This document shows positions 28,563-37,703 of a DNA stretch of 64,000 nucleotides, in pieces. Where the stretch lies: assembly GCA_021776235.1 (NCBI GenBank), contig JAJFGG010000051.1:25618-89617 (forward strand), written 5' to 3'. Source of the DNA: Alphaproteobacteria bacterium (GTDB lineage Bacteria > Pseudomonadota > Alphaproteobacteria > GCA-2731375). A program made the position numbers and the translations under genes. Each line of letters starts with the position of its first letter. Within the stretch, counting starts at the first letter, position 1. The notes beneath the pieces are model-generated. The model searched no databases. It was not told where the DNA came from and saw nothing but the letters and a program-made list of their open reading frames with translations.

Positions 28563-29030
28563 ATGGCAGAAAAGGACAGCACCGGCGGCACGGACATTGC
28601 CATCATGATCGGCTCCGATGGCCGTCTTAAGGCTCTGGTGGATTTTGACTACCTTTTCGATTTAGCGAAAAAGGCCGGCGAATCCGCGCCGGTCGGCGAG
28701 GTCACCGCCTTTCTGCGATCTACAATGAAAGAACATGCCGCGCGCATGGAAGCGGAAGACGAAGATGCCATAGACATTGCGCTTGCCGAAGCCGCGATGA
28801 AAGAGGAAGCGTTACCTCTCGACGTCGCAAGAAAGCTCATCAACGGTGAAAGTCCGATCAAGGTTTATCGGAAGTATCGTGGCCTCACACAAGATGAGTT
28901 GGCGGGAAAAGTCGGCAGCAAGCCTGCATACATCTCCCAAATAGAAACCGGACGCCATACGCCTGGACTCAAACTGATTGGCAGGATCGCCGAAGCCCTG
29001 GATGTCACGATTGACGATCTTGTTGACTAA
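28563..29030 (+). CDS. antitoxin with C-terminal XRE-family helix-turn-helix (HigA-like, toxin-first order)
   Basis: C-terminal YRGLTQDELAGKVGSKPAYISQIETGRHTPGLKLIGRIAEALDVTIDDL. The ATG lies 4 nt after the toxin stop. Confidence 0.75.
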   Translation: MAEKDSTGGTDIAIMIGSDGRLKALVDFDYLFDLAKKAGESAPVGEVTAFLRSTMKEHAARMEAEDEDAIDIALAEAAMKEEALPLDVARKLINGESPIKVYRKYRGLTQDELAGKVGSKPAYISQIETGRHTPGLKLIGRIAEALDVTIDDLVD

Positions 29031-29650
29031 GGAAACTCATGCAGGCGCGTCTGGCTCCCAGGTTAACCGCCCCGAGTGTGCCGGAGCGGGTTTGAGCCAC
29101 GCTGCGAGGACAGCTGACACTCTGGCAAGAGCGACTGTCCCTCTGGTAGCATTAGCATTGAATTTTCTGCCGTTCATTCTTGGCGCTGTTTAGGCAACCA
29201 AGTCCCATATGGAGATGAATACCCAGCCGTTGTTGTCCCCGTCGTAGTAACCCTACAGCGCGGCCAGAAGCACCTTGGTGGGCGGGGACCGGGGCAAATA
29301 GTCCAGGCTGTCCAACAGACATTTAGACAGACGCCCATGCTTCGCACTGGCGGCGCGTGGCCCTTTTTTTCACCGCGTCCGCCGCCGTTCAGCCCAACCA
29401 CGCCTAAATCCTTGTCGCGATTTGTCGCGTCGGCATATTCGCGTTTCTCGCCGGCACCAATTGCGCCTGCGGCACAGCATGGCCGAAAAGGTTTGCGGCG
29501 AAGGCCGGCGGCCGCCGCCGCGACAGGCGCCAGCCGTTGTTGCTTGTTGCTGGAGGCGCCGTGCCGCAGTAGGTATAGGGGGTCCTTCCGGGCGTCCGTT
29601 TCACCGATTTCGCCGATCCTCCCTGAACAATTGAGCGTAAAATTGCCATC

Positions 29651-32600
29651 ATGATTACTGGAAAACTTCTGGTTGCCAATCGCGGTGAGATCGCGACGCG
29701 CATCTGCCGCGCCGCCGCCGAGCTTGATTTACCCACCGTTGCGGTCCATCCCGAGGATGACGCCGCCAGCCTGCATACCCGCAAGGCCGACCAGGCCTGC
29801 CTGTTGCCCGAGCGCGGAGCCGCAGCGTATCTCGACGGCGACGCCATTATTGCCGCCGCCAAGGAGAGCGGCGCGACGGCGGTACATCCCGGTTACGGCT
29901 TCCTTTCGGAAAATTCGGATTTCGCCCGCGCCTGCGCGGCAGCGGGGCTGATATTCGTGGGGCCGGCGCCGGAAACCCTGGCGCTGTTTGGCGACAAACA
30001 TGCGGCGCGGCGATTGGCGGTGGAACAGGCAGTGCCGGTGCTGCCGGGCACCGCCGCGCCGAGCACCGTGGAAGAGGCGCGCGCCTTTCTGGCCGATCTT
30101 GGTCCGGGCGGCGCGGTGATGGTCAAGGCGGTGGCGGGTGGCGGCGGCCGGGGCATGCGCCCGGTCTTCAGCGACGGCGATCTGGAAGAGGCCTTCACCC
30201 GCGCCCGTTCGGAAGCGGCGGCCGGTTTTGGCAACGGAGATCTATTTGTCGAACGCCTGCTTCGCCGGGCCCGCCATATTGAAGTTCAAATCATGGGCGA
30301 CGGCAGCGAAGTATCGCATTTGTGGGAGCGCGACTGCTCCCTGCAGCGCCGCCGGCAAAAGATTGTCGAACTGGCGCCGGCGCCTGGCCTGGCGCCGGTA
30401 TTGCGTGCTCAACTGATCGACGCCGCCTTGCGCCTGGGCGAGGCGGCGGACTATCTCAATCTGGGCACTGTCGAGTTTCTGGTCGATGGCGACAGCGGCG
30501 AGTATTTCTTCATCGAGGCCAACCCCCGTCTGCAGGTCGAACATACGGTGACGGAAGAAATCACCGGCCTGAACCTGGTGGAGCTACAGCTGCAACTGGC
30601 CGGTGGCCAGAGCCTGGACGAACTGGGTCTAAGCCGCGAAGATGTGCCGGCGCCGCGCGGCATTGCCCTGCAATTGCGCATTAATACCGAGACTATGGCC
30701 GCCGATGGCGAGGCCAGGCCCGGCGGCGGTACCATCACCGCCTTTGAAGCGCCGTCCGGCCGTGGCATCCGGGTCGACAGCTATGGCTATGTGGGCTACC
30801 GAACCAGCCCGGCCTACGATCCGCTGCTGGCCAAGCTGATCGTGCATACCGGCTCGGGCCGCTTGCGCGACATCATGAACAAGGGCTATCGCGCCTTGTG
30901 TGAATTCCACATTGCCGGCCTGCCGACCAACCTTTCCTTTCTGCAGGCCTTGCTGTGTGACGATGCGGTGCGTGGCGGTGCGGTCGATACCGACTTCGTC
31001 GAGACCCGGGCGGCGGCGCTGGTATCGGCGGCCGGGACGGCGCATCCCCATCTCTATTTCGCCCCAACCACGGGGGCCGAGGCGGCCCCCGTTCATGGCG
31101 GCCGCGCCGGCGCCAACGTCGATGCCAACGATCCGCTGGCGGTGCTGGCCTATGGTCAGGCGCAGCGGCAGGGTCCCAGCGGCCAACGGGAGGACGAAAC
31201 GGCGCTTGGTGACGGCATGTTGGCAATACGCGTGCCTTTGCAGGGTACGGTGGTCTCGCTCGAGGTCACGGAAGGCAGCGCGGTGGCCCGCGGCGCTCAA
31301 CTGGCGGTGATCGAGGCGATGAAGATGGAACATGTCATTGCTGCCGAGGCGGCCGGTACCGTGCGCGCCCTGCATGTGGCGCCCGGCGATACCCTATGGG
31401 AAGACCAGTTGCTGATGACCCTGGAACCGGACGAAGGCTTGGGCGAAACGGAACGCGCGGCCGAGGATATCGACCTGGACGCCATTCGCGGCGATCTTCG
31501 TGACGTGCTGGATCGCCGCGCCTTGACCAAAGATGCAGCACGCCCCGATGCGGTGGCACGGCGGCGTAAAACCAAGCAACGAACAGTGCGCGAGAATGTC
31601 GAGGATCTGGTCGATGACGGCAGCTTCATCGAATATGGCCCGCTGGTGGTGGCGGCCCAGCGCCAGCGCCGGGGTTTGGAGGACCTTCTTACCCGCAGCC
31701 CGGCCGATGGCCTGATTACCGGTGTCGGCAGCATCAATAGCGAACTGTTCGATGATCCGGCCTGCCGCGCCGCCGTCATGGCCTATGACTATACCGTGTT
31801 TGCCGGCACCCAGGGTGTGCATAACCATTGGAAAACCGATCGCCTGATTGATATTTCCGAACAAGGCCGCCTGCCCTTCATACTGTTTGCCGAGGGCGGC
31901 GGCGGCCGTCCCGGCGACACCGACTACGGCGGTTTCGTCGGGCAGAATACCTTTCACCATTTCGGCCAGCTATCGGGCCTGGTGCCCATGATATCGATTG
32001 TTTCGGGCCGATGTTTTGCCGGCAACGCGGCGTTGCTGGGCTGTTGCGACGTCATCATCGCCACCGAGGATGCCAATATCGGGATGGGCGGGCCGGCGAT
32101 GATCGAGGGCGGCGGCCTGGGCGTTTTCACGCCGGAGGAAATCGGGCCGATTTCGGTACAGACGGCAAGCGGGGTTGTCGATCTGGCGGTTTCGGATGAA
32201 GCCGAAGCGGTCGCCATGGCGAAAAAGTACCTGTCCTATTTCCAGGGCCGGGTGGCGAACTGGAAAGAACCGGATCAGCGGCAAATGCGCGCTATTGTGC
32301 CGGAGAACCGGTTGCGGGTGTACGAAGTGCGCCGGGTGATCGAAACCCTGGCGGACGAAGACTCGATGCTGGAACTGCGGCGGGCCTTCGGATGCACCAT
32401 GATTACCTCTCTGGTGCGGGTGGAAGGCCGGCCGCTCGGTATCATCGCCAACGATCCCCAGCATCTGGGCGGCGCCATCGACAGCGATGGTTCCGACAAG
32501 GCGGCGCGTTTCATGCAGCTATGTGATGCCTTCGATATTCCCGTGCTTTATCTTTGCGATACCCCCGGCATCATGGTCGGCCCGGAGGTGGAGAAAACCG

Positions 32601-33034
32601 CCCTGGTGCGCCATTCCTCACGAATGTTCCTGGTTGGCTGCAACATGTCGGTGCCCTATTTCACGGTGGTGTTGCGCAAGGCCTATGGTCTGGGCGGAAT
32701 CGGCATGGCGGGCGGCAATTTCCGCGCACCCTATTTCACAGTGTCCTGGCCGACCGGCGAATTCGGGCCGATGGGTTTGGAGGGACAGGTCAAACTGGGC
32801 TACCGCGCGGAACTCGAAGCCATTGAGGATCCCGAGACACGGCGGCAATATTACGAAAAGCTGGTTGCAGAGTCCTACGAAGACGGCAAGGCCCTGCAGC
32901 GTTCCACAAGTTTCGGTGTCGACGATACCATCGACCCGGCGGACACCCGCCGCTGGCTGTCGGCGCTGCTCGCCTCGGTCCGCCCGCCGGTCCCGCGCGA
33001 CGGCAAGAAACGGGCGATGGTGGACGCCTGGTAA
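29651..33034 (+). CDS. single-chain biotin-dependent acyl-CoA carboxylase (biotin carboxylase + BCCP + carboxyltransferase fused; LCC-like)
   Basis: N-terminus KLLVANRGEIATRI and biotin carboxylase motifs. Biotinylation motif EAMKMEH (Lys codon 31322-31324). C-terminal ~520 aa carboxyltransferase (AEGGGGRPGD..., PTGEFGPMG). Confidence 0.85.
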   Translation: MITGKLLVANRGEIATRICRAAAELDLPTVAVHPEDDAASLHTRKADQACLLPERGAAAYLDGDAIIAAAKESGATAVHPGYGFLSENSDFARACAAAGLIFVGPAPETLALFGDKHAARRLAVEQAVPVLPGTAAPSTVEEARAFLADLGPGGAVMVKAVAGGGGRGMRPVFSDGDLEEAFTRARSEAAAGFGNGDLFVERLLRRARHIEVQIMGDGSEVSHLWERDCSLQRRRQKIVELAPAPGLAPVLRAQLIDAALRLGEAADYLNLGTVEFLVDGDSGEYFFIEANPRLQVEHTVTEEITGLNLVELQLQLAGGQSLDELGLSREDVPAPRGIALQLRINTETMAADGEARPGGGTITAFEAPSGRGIRVDSYGYVGYRTSPAYDPLLAKLIVHTGSGRLRDIMNKGYRALCEFHIAGLPTNLSFLQALLCDDAVRGGAVDTDFVETRAAALVSAAGTAHPHLYFAPTTGAEAAPVHGGRAGANVDANDPLAVLAYGQAQRQGPSGQREDETALGDGMLAIRVPLQGTVVSLEVTEGSAVARGAQLAVIEAMKMEHVIAAEAAGTVRALHVAPGDTLWEDQLLMTLEPDEGLGETERAAEDIDLDAIRGDLRDVLDRRALTKDAARPDAVARRRKTKQRTVRENVEDLVDDGSFIEYGPLVVAAQRQRRGLEDLLTRSPADGLITGVGSINSELFDDPACRAAVMAYDYTVFAGTQGVHNHWKTDRLIDISEQGRLPFILFAEGGGGRPGDTDYGGFVGQNTFHHFGQLSGLVPMISIVSGRCFAGNAALLGCCDVIIATEDANIGMGGPAMIEGGGLGVFTPEEIGPISVQTASGVVDLAVSDEAEAVAMAKKYLSYFQGRVANWKEPDQRQMRAIVPENRLRVYEVRRVIETLADEDSMLELRRAFGCTMITSLVRVEGRPLGIIANDPQHLGGAIDSDGSDKAARFMQLCDAFDIPVLYLCDTPGIMVGPEVEKTALVRHSSRMFLVGCNMSVPYFTVVLRKAYGLGGIGMAGGNFRAPYFTVSWPTGEFGPMGLEGQVKLGYRAELEAIEDPETRRQYYEKLVAESYEDGKALQRSTSFGVDDTIDPADTRRWLSALLASVRPPVPRDGKKRAMVDAW

Positions 33035-33131
33035 CACCAATGGCCATGGATATTGACCTGGATAGCCGGCTACCTGGGTCGGAATGGGTATCGCTGTTCG
33101 GAGCCCTCGCGGCGCGGTGCGCCCTGGCGCA

Positions 33132-33845
33132 TCAGCGGCCCAGAAAGCCCAGGATCCAGGTGGCGGCGATGGCCTCGTCGGTCGGCTCTTGCAGGCTGTC
33201 CAGGGCGGTATCCACCGATGCGCTGCCCATGCGGTCACGGCGCTTGTGGTATAGCTCGCCGGCAAATTCCCTGGTCATTTCGGGGTGATTCTGGATACTC
33301 AGAACATTGGGGCCCACGGTCATGACGCCAATGGGGCAGAAGGAACTGCCCCCCAATACCTCGGCCCCAGGCGGCGGTGTCGTGACCTGATCCTGATGTG
33401 AGGCCAAAAGGGCCAGGCTTGCCAGGGGCGGCTGCATCCAATCTGGCCGGCCATGGGGCTGGGCCGTGATGTCATGACGATGCACCCCGATACCCCAGGC
33501 GGGGGCCTTCGCCACTGTGCCGCCAAAGGCCTGGGCCACCAGTTGATGACCGAAACAGACACCCACCACGGGCCGAGCGTCCGCCGCCGCCCGGGTGAAG
33601 GCTTCCAATTGGGCGATCCAATCATCGCCGTCGTAGACACTGGCGGCACTGCCGGTAATCAGCCAAGCGTCGCAGGCACCGCCCGCCTGGGGAAACTCAC
33701 CCCGGTAACAACGGTAGGGCCGCAGGGTTGGACCCACACCGCCAGGGCACAGAAAGCGCTGGAAAGAGTCCGTGAAGGAAGTCAAATGGGCCGAGAATTC
33801 CGCGCCCACCGCGCCCGCTTCAAGAATGCCTATGGTGATCGCCAT
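33132..33845 (-). CDS. class I glutamine amidotransferase-like protein
   Basis: Nucleophile elbow VGVCFGHQLVAQAFGG and a downstream HPE motif. The ATG at 33845 is preferred; the ORF TTG start is at 33851. Confidence 0.75.
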   Translation of the reverse strand: MAITIGILEAGAVGAEFSAHLTSFTDSFQRFLCPGGVGPTLRPYRCYRGEFPQAGGACDAWLITGSAASVYDGDDWIAQLEAFTRAAADARPVVGVCFGHQLVAQAFGGTVAKAPAWGIGVHRHDITAQPHGRPDWMQPPLASLALLASHQDQVTTPPPGAEVLGGSSFCPIGVMTVGPNVLSIQNHPEMTREFAGELYHKRRDRMGSASVDTALDSLQEPTDEAIAATWILGFLGR

Positions 33846-33854
33846 GTCCAATAA

Positions 33855-34772
33855 TCACGGCTCGATCAGATTGCCCTTATGGTCGCGGGTTTCGGGTCCG
33901 CGCACCCGGGCCCGGCCATCGCCGAAATCCTGGTCTCGGCCCGCCAAGGCGGCCTTCAGGCCTTCATCCTTCGCCACCTGGCGGAAACTCCGAGTCCCCG
34001 GCGCCAGGTGGGCGCGGGCGTCGTTTTCCGCCGCCATCCGCTGCAGGGTCCGCGCACCCATCAACTCCAAACCAAGGTTGACGATGCGTTTGTTGGCGGC
34101 CAGCAGATCGGGATCAATACGCGCCATACGGCCGGCCAGGCCTTCGACCTCCGCTTCCAGCAGACCAGCGGGCACGGATTTCATGACCAGGCCGATCTCC
34201 ACCGCTTCGGCGCCGGTGATGGTATCGCCGGTCAGGACCAGGCGCTTGGCCCACTGCGGTCCGCAATGATAGACCCACATCTGGTTCGGCAACGAGCCCA
34301 GATCACGGGCCGGGGGAAAGCCGATCACGGCATCATCCGCCGCGATCACCATATCGCATAACAGGGCGATATCAGTGCCACCCGCCAGACAATGGCCATG
34401 CACCTGGGCAATGGTGGGCTTGTGCATATCGAACAGCACCATGCGCAGGCGCTGGCTGTATTCCAGCCGCCAGATGTCATCGTCAATGGTAGGATCGGCA
34501 TAGATGCCGCCGTCCCGGTAGGTTCGTCCGGTCCGCCCGCCGGCGGGCGGATTGTTCAGCCCCGGGGTCAGATCGTAACCGGCACTGAAGGATGGCCCGG
34601 CGCCACGGATGATGATGCTATGGACTGCCTTGTCGTTATCCGCCTCCCACAGGGCAGCGTTCAATTCCTCCAGCAGCGGCAACGAAAGGGCGTTGCGTTT
34701 GGCGGGTCTGTTCAGGGTAATGCGGGCGCGGCCGTCCACGGCCTGGTAAATGATGTGCTCGAAATCATCCAT
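33855..34772 (-). CDS. enoyl-CoA hydratase/isomerase (crotonase) family protein
   Basis: ITLNRPAKRNAL, IIRGAGPSFSAGYDL and VHGHCLAGGTDIALLCD are crotonase oxyanion-hole motifs. Confidence 0.85.
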   Translation of the reverse strand: MDDFEHIIYQAVDGRARITLNRPAKRNALSLPLLEELNAALWEADNDKAVHSIIIRGAGPSFSAGYDLTPGLNNPPAGGRTGRTYRDGGIYADPTIDDDIWRLEYSQRLRMVLFDMHKPTIAQVHGHCLAGGTDIALLCDMVIAADDAVIGFPPARDLGSLPNQMWVYHCGPQWAKRLVLTGDTITGAEAVEIGLVMKSVPAGLLEAEVEGLAGRMARIDPDLLAANKRIVNLGLELMGARTLQRMAAENDARAHLAPGTRSFRQVAKDEGLKAALAGRDQDFGDGRARVRGPETRDHKGNLIEP

Positions 34773-34802
34773 GCCGACAACCTATACCTGGATTGGCCCG
34801 TA

Positions 34803-35276
34803 TCAAGCCCGGCCCCGGCTGCCGACCGGCCGCATAACTTTCAACAGCCAGAAGATGACGCAAAAGACGCCAGTCAGTATGACCAGGGCGAGCACCGCGG
34901 CGAGTCGCTTGCCAAAGGCTTCATCCAGGCTATAGCCGGGCGCCAGCAAATAGACGCACAGAATCTGTACGGCCTGGAGGGCGCCACCGGCACTGAATAA
35001 TATGGCAATAAAGGTGGAGCCGCGCAGCGAGGTCAGCACCATCGACTCGACGCTGCGCTGTTGCACGATATGGGTTTGATAGGCGCGCCAGTGATAGCCG
35101 CAAAAGCCGACAATACCGACGATCACCACGGCCCACAGAATCCCATTTTCATAGCTCAAACCGTTCAGGACCAGATTGAACAGATCCTCGAACGGTTGGT
35201 AGAAATAAAGAAAAATCAGGACGACGATGTAGATTATGAAGCCAACCAGGGTCCAGAACCATTGCCAACCACTCAT
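34803..35276 (-). CDS. small multi-pass membrane protein, paralog of 11655-12182
   Basis: 157 aa, about 4 TM segments. Shares LIFLYFYQPFE, SAGGALQAV and the basic GSRGRA tail with the first copy. Confidence 0.6.
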   Translation of the reverse strand: MSGWQWFWTLVGFIIYIVVLIFLYFYQPFEDLFNLVLNGLSYENGILWAVVIVGIVGFCGYHWRAYQTHIVQQRSVESMVLTSLRGSTFIAILFSAGGALQAVQILCVYLLAPGYSLDEAFGKRLAAVLALVILTGVFCVIFWLLKVMRPVGSRGRA

Positions 35277-35367
35277 ATGCCGTCCCCTTCGAACCCCGTC
35301 ATGGCAAGCATTTTAACCCCCTCGATGGTATAGCGATAGACCCAGGTTCCATAAAAGCACAAGGAAT

Positions 35368-36210
35368 TCAGTTGTTTTCCGGCAAGGCGCCCTTAATCAG
35401 ACGGCCAAAGATGACCATCTCCGGGCTGGTCCGCCGGTACATCTCCAGGGCGGCCAGCACAGCGGGAATTTCGTCGGGCACCGGCAGCCATTGCGCCGGC
35501 GAATCCGCCTGGGCCGGCAAGCTGGGAAACAGGTCCGCGACCGCGGCGTCGATGCCGGCCAGCAAGGCCGCCCGAGCCGCCTCGGTTTCAGGTGCTGTTG
35601 CCAACGGCGCCAGCCGTCCGCCCAGATGCGCCATAAATGCCGGCCACCGGGCCAGTATAAGGTAGAGCCCCGGCACGAACGGGATATCATCGACATTGGT
35701 GCCAAGCCGCAGCAACACCGCCTGGAGATCCTGGTCCAGCCCCGCGAAATCGGCCAGGGCGGGCAGCGTCGGCAACGACGGAGGCGGCTGCCAGATCGCA
35801 GTGGGCAATTCCTGATCAACGGCGCCGGCGGGCCGCTCGCCCTTCAACAAACGCCGCAGCAGGCCGGAAAAGACCAGATTGACCGGCGCCACCCGAATAA
35901 ATCCGTCGCACACATTGGCAATGACCCGCTGGTCAGCGGCATCGACGCCAAGCCGGCGCAGGGCTGAGGTAGACAGCGGCGGCAGGGTTGGCAGATCCAG
36001 ACCGGCGGCCACGCGCCAGCCGGCGGTCTGCGCCCGCCCGGACACGAATGCAGACCCCAGGGCCGCCCAGCTCCATTGCAGCCAGCCCGGGCGGGTGGCC
36101 AGATGGCGCTGCAGAGAGGATACGTAGGGCACGGCCCAAAGGCGGCGGATCTCGCCATAGATTTCGCCGATCCGGCCGTCAGCCTCGGCTTCAGGTAGTT
36201 CAGCCAGCAT
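35368..36210 (-). CDS. DehI-like (group I halocarboxylic acid dehalogenase family) protein
   Basis: N-terminal GRIGEIYGEIRRLWAVPYVSSLQRHLATRPGWLQWSW parallels my recollection of DehI (...YEDIRLTLRVPWVAFGCRVLATFPGYLPLAW). Later segments also run in parallel. The function is not implied. Confidence 0.5.
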   Translation of the reverse strand: MLAELPEAEADGRIGEIYGEIRRLWAVPYVSSLQRHLATRPGWLQWSWAALGSAFVSGRAQTAGWRVAAGLDLPTLPPLSTSALRRLGVDAADQRVIANVCDGFIRVAPVNLVFSGLLRRLLKGERPAGAVDQELPTAIWQPPPSLPTLPALADFAGLDQDLQAVLLRLGTNVDDIPFVPGLYLILARWPAFMAHLGGRLAPLATAPETEAARAALLAGIDAAVADLFPSLPAQADSPAQWLPVPDEIPAVLAALEMYRRTSPEMVIFGRLIKGALPENN

Positions 36211-36272
36211 CTATTTTACTTTCAGCATGTGTTGAACCGGCAGCGGCCTGTTCCAGAGGCGTTGAAAATGTT

Positions 36273-37703
36273 TCAGACCGCCAATGGCGGGCGGCGTTGA
36301 TGCCATTCCGTGGCCTGCTCGTAAGCATCCGCCACCTGCAGCAGCAAAGGTTCCTCAAACCAGGGGCCCAACAGCTGCAATCCGATGGGCAGGCCGTCCT
36401 GGGTGAAACCGCAGGGAATGGAGATCGCCGGCTGACCGGTGAAGCAGGCCAGCCGGGTCAATTTCCCCAGAACTTTCCAGCCGATCACCGATTTATCGCC
36501 CACCATTATCTCGCCGGTATCAATGGGGACCGACGGTATCACGGCGGTCGGCATGGCCAGAATGGGCGTCCGTTCCAGAACGCCGGCCATTTCCCGGCGC
36601 ACCCTCGCCTGGGTTTGCCGCGCCAGGATGTAGTCCGTGGCGGACAGCCCCTCGCCCAGGCGCAGACGCTGGTTCACGTCCGGCGACAGATCGGCGGCGT
36701 TGTTCTGCAAATGCGTACCATGCACCGTATGGGCCTCGCCCATGGCCATGACGTTCCAGCCCTGGCTCGCCTCGCGGGTGAAAGGCAGGACGACCTCTTC
36801 GACCACGGCGCCCAAACCGTCCAAAACCACCAGAGCCGCCTGCACCGCGGCCTCGACATCGGGATGCAGACGGTCAAAGAAGAAATCCCGCGGCACGCCG
36901 ATGCGCAGACCCTCCAGGGGCTGGCCCAACAGGGCAGTATAGTCTGCCACCCTGGCACCGGCCGTGCTGGGATCGGCCTCGTCCACGCCGGCGATGGCAT
37001 CCAGCACCAGGGCCGCGTCACGTACCGTGCGGGCCAGGGGGCCGCCGTGATCAAGGCTCTCGCACAGGGGATAGATGCCCGCGCGCGAGGCCAGGCCATA
37101 GGTTTGTTTCAGGCCGACCACGCCGCAGAGGGCGGCCGGAATGCGGATCGAGCCGCCCGTATCGCTGCCCAGGGTCGCCATGGCCAGGTGTGCGGCGGTC
37201 GCACAACCCGATCCGGAGGACGAGCCGCCGCAGACCCGGTCCGTGTTCCATGGGTTCCGTGCGGTACCGACGATGGGATTGATCCCGGTCGGGCCAAAGG
37301 CGAACTCGTGCAAACTCAACAGACCCAGCATGATGGCGCCCGCCTCGCGCAGACGGGCAACGGACGTGGCATCACTGTTGGCGACGCCTTCGGCCAGAAT
37401 GCGGGAACCACAGGTGCGCTCCATACCCGCGACCTGAAACAGATCCTTCACCGCCATCGGTATGCCATGCAGAGGACCGCGGTAACGGCCCGCCGCAATC
37501 TCCGCCTCGGCCTCTTTGGCTGCCGCCAGGGCAGCCTCTGGGTAAAGCGAGACATAGGCGTTCAGGTCCGGGTTCAACGCCTCAATCCGGGCCAGTTGGC
37601 TTTGCATCACGTCCACCGGCGAGACCTCGCTACCGGCAATCAGCGGCGCCAGCGCCGCGATATCCATCAAGGCCAAGGCCTCATCGCTCACGTCGCCACT
37701 CAT
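36273..37703 (-). CDS. amidase (amidase-signature family)
   Basis: GGSSSGSG signature, conserved GIPMAVKD, and Ser-cisSer-Lys region motifs. The start overlaps the upstream stop (ATGA at 37700-37703). Confidence 0.9.
   Translation of the reverse strand: MSGDVSDEALALMDIAALAPLIAGSEVSPVDVMQSQLARIEALNPDLNAYVSLYPEAALAAAKEAEAEIAAGRYRGPLHGIPMAVKDLFQVAGMERTCGSRILAEGVANSDATSVARLREAGAIMLGLLSLHEFAFGPTGINPIVGTARNPWNTDRVCGGSSSGSGCATAAHLAMATLGSDTGGSIRIPAALCGVVGLKQTYGLASRAGIYPLCESLDHGGPLARTVRDAALVLDAIAGVDEADPSTAGARVADYTALLGQPLEGLRIGVPRDFFFDRLHPDVEAAVQAALVVLDGLGAVVEEVVLPFTREASQGWNVMAMGEAHTVHGTHLQNNAADLSPDVNQRLRLGEGLSATDYILARQTQARVRREMAGVLERTPILAMPTAVIPSVPIDTGEIMVGDKSVIGWKVLGKLTRLACFTGQPAISIPCGFTQDGLPIGLQLLGPWFEEPLLLQVADAYEQATEWHQRRPPLAV

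Noticed and set aside
28204-29650. Expected a tRNA gene, integrase or transposase flanking the low-GC TA islet
   Set aside because: I found no T-loop or cloverleaf-like sequence and no recombinase-like ORF. The mechanism that inserted the islet is not visible in the sequence.
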